Sequence record: OR413585.1
Length of the DNA: 64,000 nt
Reading direction: 5' to 3' (one strand)
Shown piece by piece: positions 1 to 9,760 of this stretch. Position numbers and translations under genes: made by a program. The notes beneath the pieces are model-generated. The model did no database searches and had not been told where the DNA came from. It saw only the letters and a program-made list of their open reading frames with translations. The first letter of the stretch is position 1; every line of letters starts with the position of its first letter.

Positions 1-1241
1 GTCAGGAAGTAAGTACGCCCAGTTACGTAATCGTTCGGCTTAGACAAGGTCAGGCCGTAATCCGATACCGTGGCTTCTAACTGCTTCTCTGTTACTGGCA
101 GTTTGCGAATCCCCACTGCATTGTTTACCACACGGTCACGCAACTCATCAAACGAAAGTTGTGTACGGCCCCCGGTGGCGTAACTGCCTTCTTCCGCAAC
201 CAGCATTTTGATGGAGAATGATTTTAACGGGTTGATGTATCCCGCATCGTATTCACCGTTCAAGTCGCGCAATGAGAAGGTGTACTCGTCCGCCGGGAAT
301 GCAGAAACGTCGAGGTCGAGTGGCCCGATGGTCGTATATACGTCCATGCGGATTTCACCACTTACCAGGTTCTTCGCCATGTAGATAGACGGTATCGTAC
401 AACGAATGGACTGGTTAACGACTTGAATCAGCGCCGTAGGCGTGTTTGGATCGTAAACGTCACGACTGTGCGTGTGGTGGATTTCTGTCCAGGTGTTTGA
501 ATTGGACGGTTTATTCCACACCCGTGCGTAGAAGAACTTGTTGGTGAACGTGCGCGTCATCACAAAAGTGTTCTGCCCCAACAACGTATCGTTCTCGTCC
601 TTTACACTGTACTGCATCACCGGAATACGGATAGCCAGTATCTGCGACGGTGTGCTAGGAACACTTGTCAGTTCCCAGTCCAACGCGTTAGTGGTTACGG
701 GCGATATCGGTGACTGGGTTTCGGTAATCCACAAGACCTGGAAGGCTGGATTATCAACGGTACCATACGGCAGCACTCGAATTTCGATAGGATACTGGAT
801 GGCAAAGTTGTAACCTGAAACAGTAAAGACGGTATCCCGCGGAATCACGACTTTACGAATACCGGCCACGTTTAACGGCATCGCCTTCGCTAATAGAGAG
901 TCGACATCTAGAAGCAGCAGTAAGGTCGCTTGTGATGGCTGGGCAAAAACATCGACGTAATCCACGTCAGACATGTGGCGGAACAGATCATCGTGAGTCT
1001 GTGCCATAGAAGGGAACATCTTCGGAATGGTGTCCCGATCGCCCTGGATAATAGTGTGACCCATCGTAATTCCGACCTCGGTCATGTAGACCACCGGGTC
1101 GGTCGGGTCACGTAGCAGGATTTGCCCGTCGGCGTCCTGCACGTCTTGGAGCTGGTTCAGCATTAATGACTGCATTGCTGACGGGTTATGTGCCATCAGC
1201 AGCAAGTCTTTCGATAATGCGTCGTACGTTTTCGTAGTCAT
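1..1241 (-). CDS. Virion structural protein, probable baseplate wedge-like (runs off window start; not in ORF track)
   Basis: Open minus frame from ATG at 1241 (TAATG overlap with the stop of the upstream gene): MTTKTYDALSKDLLLMAHNPSAMQ...PSMAQTHDDLFRHMSD...KVVIPRDTVFTVSGYNF. Resembles phiKZ-family baseplate proteins; SPN3US gp48 position by synteny. Confidence 0.75.
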   Translation of the reverse strand, partial: MTTKTYDALSKDLLLMAHNPSAMQSLMLNQLQDVQDADGQILLRDPTDPVVYMTEVGITMGHTIIQGDRDTIPKMFPSMAQTHDDLFRHMSDVDYVDVFAQPSQATLLLLLDVDSLLAKAMPLNVAGIRKVVIPRDTVFTVSGYNFAIQYPIEIRVLPYGTVDNPAFQVLWITETQSPISPVTTNALDWELTSVPSTPSQILAIRIPVMQYSVKDENDTLLGQNTFVMTRTFTNKFFYARVWNKPSNSNTWTEIHHTHSRDVYDPNTPTALIQVVNQSIRCTIPSIYMAKNLVSGEIRMDVYTTIGPLDLDVSAFPADEYTFSLRDLNGEYDAGYINPLKSFSIKMLVAEEGSYATGGRTQLSFDELRDRVVNNAVGIRKLPVTEKQLEATVSDYGLTLSKPNDYVTGRTYFL

Positions 1242-2503
1242 TACAGTAAGCCCGCTCGTTTAAGGATGAATTGGTAATCTGCCTGATAAACATACCAGGT
1301 CAGTTTACGACGCAGGGAGTCGATGTGCGGATAGCCGTAGTAGTTGAACAGCGGTAGTAGCTGTGGTGCAATCGGCACAAGCTGGTCTTCAGCAATCGGG
1401 ATAAAGTTACCCGCTGCAACACTCCCTGGTTGCGGCATCATATCCGGGTTAAACATAGACACCGTCAAGTTGAACATCTCCATGTACAATGGGTCATCGA
1501 AGCGCGCCCCGATACATTGCCAGTTGAGGTTAATTGTGGTGTCGTCATTTAATTGAGGCTTGGTGTTATCGACGTTCGCCATTTGACCGGCGTTATCGTT
1601 CATTGGCCAACAAACACACGCTGTCCAGAAACGAGTGATGTTTCCGAGCGCGTCGTATTTAAACCCGTACATCCTCGACTGGTAGTCAATGCGGCGTTGG
1701 ATGGAGTTACGCATCTTCGGTTTGAACTTACCCATCTTAATGCCGGACATATACTCCAGCCACACGCCCATCATTCGCATGATAGGGTTGCCGTATGGGT
1801 TGTTCAGCGACATCGACATACTGTACTGGTTATTGATTTCATGTGTGGAGTCAACCATACCCCACTGTTCGCGCATTAAACCTTCTTCAGACATCCAGTT
1901 ATCGACAGACTGGTCAGGCATCCCCGAGAGGCTCAGCATCTGCGTACTCAGCAATGGTATGAATGCCTGAAGATTGTCAAACATAATGTCCTTCATGAAT
2001 GGCGTGCCCAAACGGTTCTTTCTTCGCCCATCTTCCATCGGTGAATCAGAGAACCCCAATTCAAAATCTGGGTCTAACGCTGCCAGAATGGAATAGTCGA
2101 GTGACGATTTCGGCTGAGAAGCCATGTTCGACATCTTGCGCGAGTTGGCAATGTTGTCAAAGCACAAGTTGAAGTCAGGGCGGGTAATGAAGGTTAGGCC
2201 ACCGTACTCACGGTTAACAGGCGTCGGGTTCGACGCCATCATATGGTTGAACCCCATGTAGGGGTTGGTCACACGCTGCGCAGCCAGACCCAAACCTAAC
2301 GTAAGACGGATACGGTCATTCCAACCCGATAACTCATCATTAACGTTGTACGCCGTGGTGGGTTTCGCATCGGACAGTCGACGGTCAAAGTAGTCGGCGA
2401 CCGATGGTACTGCATCGATATTATTCGGGTTTTGATACGAATTGTCGTAGTCGGTATTCGGGTCATACCCCGGATCGTTCTTATCGGTCTCGTTACTCAT
2501 CAT
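1241..2503 (-). CDS. Conserved phiKZ-family virion (tail tube/baseplate-like) protein
   Basis: 420-aa ORF coupled to the downstream gene. SD spacing favours the second ATG (2500). Function from synteny. Confidence 0.65.
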   Translation of the reverse strand: MMSNETDKNDPGYDPNTDYDNSYQNPNNIDAVPSVADYFDRRLSDAKPTTAYNVNDELSGWNDRIRLTLGLGLAAQRVTNPYMGFNHMMASNPTPVNREYGGLTFITRPDFNLCFDNIANSRKMSNMASQPKSSLDYSILAALDPDFELGFSDSPMEDGRRKNRLGTPFMKDIMFDNLQAFIPLLSTQMLSLSGMPDQSVDNWMSEEGLMREQWGMVDSTHEINNQYSMSMSLNNPYGNPIMRMMGVWLEYMSGIKMGKFKPKMRNSIQRRIDYQSRMYGFKYDALGNITRFWTACVCWPMNDNAGQMANVDNTKPQLNDDTTINLNWQCIGARFDDPLYMEMFNLTVSMFNPDMMPQPGSVAAGNFIPIAEDQLVPIAPQLLPLFNYYGYPHIDSLRRKLTWYVYQADYQFILKRAGLL

Positions 2504-2525
2504 TAACTCCGGAGTTTAGTTAAAA

Positions 2526-3644
2526 ATGGCAGAAAAAACATTTGAGACATCGCTCGTCTCCTTTCTTTCTAAGTTTCCCATGCTGCTTCGCCAGCGGGCG
2601 GAATCGACGGAAGAATTCAACTCTGTGCTGTACAACGAGCACACCACGCTGGTTGAACAAAGTCTGTTGGGCTTAGATTACCTGCCAGGTATTCTGGAGA
2701 AAATCCAAATCCTGCTCGCGGGCAACCAACTTACCGCCATCTCAATTCTGGTAGGTGTTCCTGAGGTTGATATCCTTGGTACGCTTGACCAGGTTAGCAC
2801 CCGTCGTAATGCCCTCGATGCGGCTGCACGTTCGGGTTCTCGCTTAGCGTCTTTCGCAATCGGCGAGTCCTCCCGTCACACGCTGCCGTCATACGATAAA
2901 ATCGGGCTTGCGGTCGGTGAATCCCGTCGCCAGAAATCCGATAACAAAGTAGCGACTGAATCGTCCGCAGGTTCTGTGCTGCCGAACAACACGCTGAAGC
3001 TCCTGCATGATCAAGAAGGTCTGTCCAACGGTAAAGTGTTCTCTGTTACCTTCGAACGTGACGGTAATAAAGTCGAGCTGCCGATGCGTCTACGTCTTGA
3101 TGTGAAGTCTCTGCCGACCGACGAAATGAAAACGCTCATTGCGTTCAGCGATCAAACCAAAACCTTCTGGGAACGTGTGCTGCGTGCGAAGGTCGGTTCT
3201 CTCAGCTACGCGAAAGATATCGCGCTGTGTAATGACCTCATTGAAGAATACCGTAAGAACCGCTTCCGTGATAAGTCCGGTTATTACCGTAAGATGATGG
3301 AAAAGAAAAACGCCAACTGGCTGTCTGGCCTGCTGACGCTGAGCCCATCCATCAACAACGCGTCTTCGGTTATGGTGGTTTCTCAAGAAACTATCGACGA
3401 TCTGACTGCTCAGCTGGGCGGTGACTTCGATGATTACAATATCCGCCAGCGTGTGTTCAAAGACACCCTGACTGTTTACTACGTGGTTGTCGACCAGACC
3501 TGGAACCGTGTAACCATTTATACGCGTGGTCAGACCGGGTCTCAAGAACTCGACAAATCAGACTTTAGCAAGGCGAAGTCCGGTAGCGGCGATGTAAACA
3601 AAATCATCGATGCCTATCGCGTCGGCGCGAATCCGGTACTGTAA
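2526..3644 (+). CDS. Head (ejection/inner body) protein with protease-cleaved propeptide
   Basis: 372 aa, SD GGAG at 2511, clustered A/G-x-E sites (AIGE, AVGE, ATE) near aa 110-145; SPN3US gp50 position. Confidence 0.65.
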   Translation: MAEKTFETSLVSFLSKFPMLLRQRAESTEEFNSVLYNEHTTLVEQSLLGLDYLPGILEKIQILLAGNQLTAISILVGVPEVDILGTLDQVSTRRNALDAAARSGSRLASFAIGESSRHTLPSYDKIGLAVGESRRQKSDNKVATESSAGSVLPNNTLKLLHDQEGLSNGKVFSVTFERDGNKVELPMRLRLDVKSLPTDEMKTLIAFSDQTKTFWERVLRAKVGSLSYAKDIALCNDLIEEYRKNRFRDKSGYYRKMMEKKNANWLSGLLTLSPSINNASSVMVVSQETIDDLTAQLGGDFDDYNIRQRVFKDTLTVYYVVVDQTWNRVTIYTRGQTGSQELDKSDFSKAKSGSGDVNKIIDAYRVGANPVL

Positions 3645-3654
3645 GGGGAAAAGA

Positions 3655-4587
3655 ATGCCGATTCCGAATATGTTGGCGATGTTGCTGCCGAGCTTCGAAG
3701 CCACGAACTTAAAAAACCAACTGTCATCTAACTGCGACTCGATTGCTGCGTTAGAGCCACAGTTCCAGAACCTCCAGGAACTGGTGGGAAGTGTCCAGGG
3801 TAAGCCATTTAAAGCGAAGCCTGTTGCAGACCTTTCTACTGAAATCGTTAAGTACCTGCATAGCTCCGGTTTGGAAGTTAAAGGGTTACGTAACGCAAGT
3901 ATGCTGGAGTACGTCATCGCGTCTATGCAGAACGTACAGGCGCTGCGACCTTTCCTGGAGCAGTGTATCGACCGCGACATCGGGAAGACGTTGGTGACTT
4001 CATCTCTAACGTTCAACAAACAAACCGTGTTGCAGTTGCTGGATATGATCGAATTCTTCGTCGGTTACGCTAGCACCCTGATTAACTACATCACGGCCGA
4101 AGAGATTGCCGCTGTACAAGACTCGAACATTGCAGTGAAGGGAATCGGTCCGAAAGACCTTCAGTATCTGCAAACCCGTAAGACGTCTTTCTGTATTGCG
4201 GTGCGCGTCCTGGCAACCCCCATTACCAAACTGAAAGCAGACTACGCTGAGATACCTGAAGCGGTGTTTGACGAAGAGACATATAGCCAATTGGTTCAGC
4301 AGTTCGGTTCGAACACCACTGATCCACTGGGTATGTCCTCCGTTCCGTTCCCGCTGTCAATTGTCTACCGCGTGCGTCTGAATATTGCAGAATGGCAAAT
4401 GGATCGTTATGACGAGTGCGTGGAAGCCGCGAAAGCGACTGAGCTGCGTATTCTGTTGTACAAGAAACAACAGGCTGCCGGTGAAGGGGACGTGCACATT
4501 GAGAAACTCATCGAAGCACACGAAAAGCGCTTGATGGAACTCAAGTACAAACGTGAACGTCTGGAGAAAAAATACGGTCTGGTTTAA
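3655..4587 (+). CDS. Conserved head/virion protein
   Basis: ATG 3655 after AAGGGG SD (track start 3610 overlaps the upstream gene); 310 aa. Confidence 0.65.
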   Translation: MPIPNMLAMLLPSFEATNLKNQLSSNCDSIAALEPQFQNLQELVGSVQGKPFKAKPVADLSTEIVKYLHSSGLEVKGLRNASMLEYVIASMQNVQALRPFLEQCIDRDIGKTLVTSSLTFNKQTVLQLLDMIEFFVGYASTLINYITAEEIAAVQDSNIAVKGIGPKDLQYLQTRKTSFCIAVRVLATPITKLKADYAEIPEAVFDEETYSQLVQQFGSNTTDPLGMSSVPFPLSIVYRVRLNIAEWQMDRYDECVEAAKATELRILLYKKQQAAGEGDVHIEKLIEAHEKRLMELKYKRERLEKKYGLV

Positions 4588-4610
4588 GGCCGTATTATCA
4601 GGAGAGTCTC

Positions 4611-5168
4611 ATGTTTGACAATGACCAGAATTTTAACCTCGCCGAGAAGTTGATTAAAAACTACATGGCGAAACTGACCCAAAACCCCGTGCTGGTTCAT
4701 GACGACGAACTGATACATGAAACCCTGGAAGCTGCAGCCGTTGTGCTGCCGTATTTCCGCATGATGGGCGCTGACTCTGTCCAACAAGTATTATATGACG
4801 AATATCCGCAGGTCGGTTTTACGTTTAATACGTTTTATAACGAATCTGCATCGTTCATACTTGACGGTAAACGCCGTACAGTGTCAACAGGACAGTGGTC
4901 CGTTCTTCTGGTATCGTACATGAACGATATCCACTCTACTAAGCAAGTAGAGCGAACCGGTTCCCTGGGCTCACGACTTCTTGCTGCGGCTTACGGTCGT
5001 AGTGGGCAAGTTCGCCGTATGGGAACTGCGCATCAGACGTACACGCCTGACCGGCGTCTATTATCTTATGCAGACCACGAACTGCTGGCACGTTGGTTGA
5101 CACGTCCGAACGGGTTATCCGATATGATCTCGTCGTTAGCAGTGTTTTTAAAAATCGCACGTCCCTAA
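4611..5168 (+). CDS. Conserved head/virion protein
   Basis: 185 aa, AGGAG SD, inside the head-protein operon. Confidence 0.6.
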   Translation: MFDNDQNFNLAEKLIKNYMAKLTQNPVLVHDDELIHETLEAAAVVLPYFRMMGADSVQQVLYDEYPQVGFTFNTFYNESASFILDGKRRTVSTGQWSVLLVSYMNDIHSTKQVERTGSLGSRLLAAAYGRSGQVRRMGTAHQTYTPDRRLLSYADHELLARWLTRPNGLSDMISSLAVFLKIARP

Positions 5169-5224
5169 GGGGGCCCCTTATCTAGGGGCGTGTAATTGGG
5201 TTATAACCAAAGGAACCGAAACAA

Positions 5225-6502
5225 ATGGCAAACTTTGTAAAAAGTAAACTCGCCCGCGAGTCCGTTGAAGCTACCGGCGACGTAATCGACGGTCTGAGCA
5301 ACGTTGAACCGGCAGAAGAGAACATCGACGTTCAGCTGGCAGAAGTTGCGTCTATCGACGGTCAGCTGGAACAGCTCGATGGTGACCAGGAAACTCTGGC
5401 TGCTGATACCGAGCGTACCGAAGCTGCTATCGACGCTGCTGACGAAAAAATCGAAAACGGTGAAGAGATGCCTGAAGAAGCCATCGCTCACACCGAAGTG
5501 GCGCAGGAATCTATCCGTAAGCGTTGGGCTATCGATCGTACCAAACTGGCACGCGAATCTTATCGCCGTGGCCGTGGCATGACCAAAGCAGCTCAGGAAG
5601 GCTGGAAAGAAACCCTGAAAGATCTGTTCGAACGCTTCGTTGAACTGTGTAAAGCAGTTATCGCGAAAGCGAAAGAGCTGAAACTGAAGTACATCAACGT
5701 TGGTAAGTCCGCGCAGAAACGTGCGAAAGCTTACCAGGAGATGCTGCGTAAGCTCGGCAAACAGAAGAAAGAAAACATTTCTGGTGGCTTTATTAGCAAA
5801 CTGTCTATCGAAGGTGAATTCGATGTGGCCAACTCTATCGCTATCGCGAAAGAGCTGACCGGCGGTAAAGCGAAAGATGCTATCAACAAGCTGTCCTCTC
5901 AGGCGGCTGACTCTGCTGTAGCGATCGCCAAAACTTCAGACGGTACCGCAACCGCTGCTAAAGGCGCTGTTGACGTTGCCCTGTTTGGTACCGCTGCGAA
6001 GAAACTGCGCGCACTGCCGCAATTCGAAGACGGCGAAGGCGGTCAGAAAGTTCTGGCACTGCCAGGCAACGCCTATGTACAGACCGGCAGCAAAACTCTG
6101 GCAGGCGGTCAGGAATTCACCGCAGTGGCCTTCCTGTCGACGGGTGACGTTTCTGAAACGAAAGAAATCGCTACTCCGGCTATTTCTGCACTGGCATCTG
6201 CTGCGTCTGCCCTGGACGTTATCGGTAAAGGCTTCGAGAAAGTCCTGCAAGACTTCCGCAGCTACGACGCTGACGTTGAGAAACTGGAAGAGGCTGCTGC
6301 CAAAGCTGCTGCCGCTCTGAAAAAATCCAACGACGAAGGCGAGTGGGAAGCGCTGCGTAATGCACGCACTGCAGCTGACCAGGCTGTGCGTAACTACCAG
6401 ACTCTGAACCGTGCTGTGGCTCACGTTGGTAACACTGTTATCAGCGGCCTGAACGGCTACATCGGCGCTGGTATTGGCGCGTACGAAAAGTCTAAAGCTT
6501 AA
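5225..6502 (+). CDS. Abundant inner-head/ejection protein (phiKZ internal-head-protein family; SPN3US gp53-like)
   Basis: Acidic propeptide with ARE-12, AQE-95, ARE-111, AQE-125; paralog of the next gene; highly-expressed codon bias. Confidence 0.8.
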   Translation: MANFVKSKLARESVEATGDVIDGLSNVEPAEENIDVQLAEVASIDGQLEQLDGDQETLAADTERTEAAIDAADEKIENGEEMPEEAIAHTEVAQESIRKRWAIDRTKLARESYRRGRGMTKAAQEGWKETLKDLFERFVELCKAVIAKAKELKLKYINVGKSAQKRAKAYQEMLRKLGKQKKENISGGFISKLSIEGEFDVANSIAIAKELTGGKAKDAINKLSSQAADSAVAIAKTSDGTATAAKGAVDVALFGTAAKKLRALPQFEDGEGGQKVLALPGNAYVQTGSKTLAGGQEFTAVAFLSTGDVSETKEIATPAISALASAASALDVIGKGFEKVLQDFRSYDADVEKLEEAAAKAAAALKKSNDEGEWEALRNARTAADQAVRNYQTLNRAVAHVGNTVISGLNGYIGAGIGAYEKSKA

Positions 6503-6579
6503 TCCGCTTTACGTACTGAACGTCAGTTGACAAATCATTAATGGCGGTACACGGCGTACCGCCTAGAGGATAGAAAAAG

Positions 6580-7839
6580 ATGGCTAACTTTGTAAAAAGT
6601 AAACTCGCTCGTGAATCTGTCGAAGGCGCAGGCACTGTCGTTCCAGATGGTATCGAGCTGCCGGCTGAGTCCGTGGAAGGTACCCTGGCCGACATCGAGC
6701 ATGACACCAAACCGATCGACCAGCTGGACGCAGAAGCAGACGTGCTGGCAGAAGACGGTGACGAAACTGATGCACAGCTGGATGCAGTTGATGCTGCTGA
6801 AGCCGCCGCTGATGGCGAAGGCGAAGATGGCGAAGAGCCAATGGAAGTGGAAGAAGATATGCCTGACGAAGCTGCTGAGCAGCTGGACGTTGCGCAGGAA
6901 TCTATCCGTAAACGTTGGGCATTCGATCACCGCGTAAGCGTTGCGCAGGAATCTTACGGCGCACGTAAACGCCGTCAGGTTGCTCGTGAATCACTGTGGG
7001 ACGACATCAAAGCGTTCCTGCAGCGTATCTTCGACTGGCTGAAAGAACAAGGCCGTAAAATCAAAGATCGCTGGCTCAAGTTCAGCAACCAGGGTAAATC
7101 CATTCAGGCGCGCGCTAAGAAATATGACGCGGCTCTGCGTGGCCTGGGCAAGCAGAAGAAAGACACCGTTAGCGGTGGGTTCATTAAGAACCTGACCACC
7201 GGTGGTAAGTTTGTTGGTGACGACATCAACGTCCTGAAAGGTGTTCTGTCTACTATCGGCAGCATCTACGGCGAGCAGGAAGCAGTGGTCAAAGATGCAA
7301 CCCGCATGGTCAGCTCAGTTGAAGGCGGCAAACTGAACAGCGGCTTCGCAGCAGCGGTTAACAAAGCCACTGCAGGCAAAGCGGGCGAAGTTCAACTGCT
7401 GGGTAACCAGATCGGTAAAGCTGACGTGAAAGTGAACGGGGATGACCTGGAAGCTTCCTTCACCGTTATCGATGCTGAAGGCAGCGTAGAAAAATCTGTT
7501 TCTACTCCGTCTGCTCAGACGCTGTCTTCTCTGGTTGCGTTCTTCAACCAGCTGGGTAAAGCAGTCGAAGAGAACGTGAAAGCGTACCACAAAAATAACC
7601 AGGCTCAAGAATCGTACGAGCGGGCTATTGAGGCGCTGCTGAAACGTATCGACGGCGTGAAGATCGACGACAACGCTGAACTGACTTCCAACGTCCGTGT
7701 TGCACGTCGTGCAATCACCGTTGCGAACCAGTACATCTCCTGGACCGAACGTTGCGTTGCAACTGGCCAGAAAAACCTGATCGCCGGCGTTAACGGCTAC
7801 ATCAGCGCTGGTATCGGTGCGTATGAAAAGTCTAAGTAA
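6580..7839 (+). CDS. Abundant inner-head/ejection protein (SPN3US gp54-like), paralog of 5225
   Basis: Identical N-terminus MANFVKSKLARESVE; shared C-terminus NGYIxAGIGAYEKSK; AQE-107, AQE-124, ARE-137. Confidence 0.8.
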   Translation: MANFVKSKLARESVEGAGTVVPDGIELPAESVEGTLADIEHDTKPIDQLDAEADVLAEDGDETDAQLDAVDAAEAAADGEGEDGEEPMEVEEDMPDEAAEQLDVAQESIRKRWAFDHRVSVAQESYGARKRRQVARESLWDDIKAFLQRIFDWLKEQGRKIKDRWLKFSNQGKSIQARAKKYDAALRGLGKQKKDTVSGGFIKNLTTGGKFVGDDINVLKGVLSTIGSIYGEQEAVVKDATRMVSSVEGGKLNSGFAAAVNKATAGKAGEVQLLGNQIGKADVKVNGDDLEASFTVIDAEGSVEKSVSTPSAQTLSSLVAFFNQLGKAVEENVKAYHKNNQAQESYERAIEALLKRIDGVKIDDNAELTSNVRVARRAITVANQYISWTERCVATGQKNLIAGVNGYISAGIGAYEKSK

Positions 7840-7850
7840 TTAGACTGGCG

Positions 7851-7890
7851 AATCCCCCACTTCGGTGGGGGATTTACCTTTTCTTTTTTT
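7851..7890 (+). terminator. Intrinsic terminator
   Basis: aatcccccac-TTCG-gtgggggatt followed by a T-tract. Confidence 0.85.
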
Positions 7891-7908
7891 GTCTCAGATT
7901 AGAAAAGA

Positions 7909-7933
7909 TTTCAGATATATATTACCTAGGTGA
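7909..7933 (+). promoter_or_regulatory. Early (virion RNAP) promoter, class A
   Basis: tttcagatatatattacctaggtga, identical at 16412; contains the phiKZ early consensus TATATTAC. Confidence 0.75.
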
Positions 7934-7975
7934 GATTGCATTGGTAATCTTTTAACCGACCATCACTTAAGGAAT

Positions 7976-8737
7976 ATGAAAATGAAAACTATCAATCTGC
8001 TTACTCTGGCTAATGGCTCTATCGAACGTAGCGAAGACGACGGTGCTATCCTGCAAGCAACCAACGGCTTTAAAATTAGACTGTCCCCAATTCAATTCAC
8101 CGGCTTACAAGTCTGGCTGCGCGAAATCAACAAACGCAAACTGCCGCGCCGTATGGCGGTTGGTGACCTGCTCTTTACACTGGATAACGTTGACGGTGTT
8201 AAACCGGAACTGTACGAAGTTCAGTACAAAGCCGCAGTCGATACACTGCGACTGAAGAAAGGGGAAGAAATCAAATTCATTCCGGTGACCTATAATGGCA
8301 ACAATTACCTGCAGATGGAAGACACCCCGTTCGCTGCGCACGTCACTGACACCGCCGTTGAATTGGTCATTGCCTTTGGTCTGGTTGCGACTCCGGCGGT
8401 ACTGGAAATCAGCGAAGACCCACTGCAAGATTTCGGTACGCTGTTCGATACCATGCTGGGTGGCATGAAGCTCGGGAATATCACCAAGGTCATCCGCCGT
8501 ATTCCGATTCTGAATGCGCAGCCGAAAGTGATGACCCTGGCAGAAAGCATGATGGAACACCCGGAGCTGACTGCTGAAGAAATTCAGGCGCAAGAAGACG
8601 CAATTGAAGAAGAACGTCAGAACGCCCAGCGTGAAGCCATGAAGCCGTTCCGTGGTTTCCTGGATGCTATCTTCGACTGTGCGAACTCGCTGATGAAACC
8701 AGTTGAAGTGAAAACCGCTGAAGAACCAGCAGCGTAA
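7976..8737 (+). CDS. Hypothetical early protein
   Basis: 253 aa, AAGGA SD, directly downstream of the early promoter. Confidence 0.8.
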   Translation: MKMKTINLLTLANGSIERSEDDGAILQATNGFKIRLSPIQFTGLQVWLREINKRKLPRRMAVGDLLFTLDNVDGVKPELYEVQYKAAVDTLRLKKGEEIKFIPVTYNGNNYLQMEDTPFAAHVTDTAVELVIAFGLVATPAVLEISEDPLQDFGTLFDTMLGGMKLGNITKVIRRIPILNAQPKVMTLAESMMEHPELTAEEIQAQEDAIEEERQNAQREAMKPFRGFLDAIFDCANSLMKPVEVKTAEEPAA

Positions 8738-8740
8738 ATA

Positions 8741-8763
8741 TTACGTTAGCCTGAAACCGTATG
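8741..8763 (+). promoter_or_regulatory. Bipartite TTAC-N15-TATG promoter (non-virion RNAP, middle-type)
   Basis: TTAC 8741-44, 15-nt spacer, TATG 8760-63; same geometry at about 11 other intergenic sites. Confidence 0.6.
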
Positions 8764-8795
8764 TAATCGACCATTAATCTTAAGGAGTATTTATA

Positions 8796-9341
8796 ATGAA
8801 ACGTGTCAATCTTAAAGATATTATTAGCGTAAGTAACGATAAATCATCGCCCCTTTGGGATGAGGTTACTACGCTGCAATTTAGTACCAGTGTCATGACA
8901 ATCCCACGTCCAGTTATGATTGGTCTGGGCGTATTCATTTTAGAATGCGACCGTCGTTCAGCAGGCACGCACATCCTAACGTACGGTGGGTACGAGTTTG
9001 TCGTCGAAAGCGAACTTAACAAACATTGCTCAGAGGGCATCATCGGTCTTTGGAAATACTTAATCGATGCGGGATTGTCCGACATGTCTAAAGTCTGTAG
9101 TCACGATTACGGTAAGTTGGAACATTTTGTTCGTCGTAACGGTGAGCGTGTTCCGGTGACGATTGATGGTTACCAGACCAAAATGGTCACCGCGCCTTAC
9201 AGCGCTGAGGGGATACGTGCAACGCTTTACATTCGCCAGACGCTCGTACGTGATGACCTGTTAGACGAAGCAGAGCAAACTCTACATGGTCGTGTTGTGA
9301 ACCTCGCACCGTCTTACGACGCGCAGCGTATGGTTCAATGA
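8796..9341 (+). CDS. Hypothetical protein
   Basis: 181 aa, AAGGAG SD. Confidence 0.75.
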   Translation: MKRVNLKDIISVSNDKSSPLWDEVTTLQFSTSVMTIPRPVMIGLGVFILECDRRSAGTHILTYGGYEFVVESELNKHCSEGIIGLWKYLIDAGLSDMSKVCSHDYGKLEHFVRRNGERVPVTIDGYQTKMVTAPYSAEGIRATLYIRQTLVRDDLLDEAEQTLHGRVVNLAPSYDAQRMVQ

Positions 9342-9347
9342 TTTAAT

Positions 9348-9377
9348 AAGGTGGCCTAACAAGCCACCTTCTTTTTT
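9348..9377 (+). terminator. Intrinsic terminator
   Basis: aaggtggc...gccacctt plus T-tract. Confidence 0.7.
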
Positions 9378-9385
9378 GGGATTGT

Positions 9386-9760
9386 GTGATGACCGATAAA
9401 TTTAAATTTGAGATGACGCCAGAAACCGCAAACGTAGAACCGCAGATTCGCCTCCGTGTACGAGATGACGAATACTGTCTAGCGATAGTTGAAGAAGACC
9501 TGGCAGAGGCCTTGTTGCTGCTCGGCGACAGAGAATGGCTTGGTACGCTAACTATTAGGCTTAAGAGGCCGTTGGTTGGTAGTGGGATGTTTGCAGGTTG
9601 CTGTACGAACAGTCTGTTGGTCGATGTGGATGCCAGAACGGTATCACTGTCGGTGATTCTGGACTATCCGGTGACATTCTCGTATAGCCGTCTTGAATTT
9701 AGTCGCCATTTACGCCACGCAATGAAAGAATTATCTAAAGCCCGTAGGAGCAAACCGTGA
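9386..9760 (+). CDS. Hypothetical protein
   Basis: 124 aa; GTGA overlap with the DHFR start. Confidence 0.65.
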   Translation: MMTDKFKFEMTPETANVEPQIRLRVRDDEYCLAIVEEDLAEALLLLGDREWLGTLTIRLKRPLVGSGMFAGCCTNSLLVDVDARTVSLSVILDYPVTFSYSRLEFSRHLRHAMKELSKARRSKP

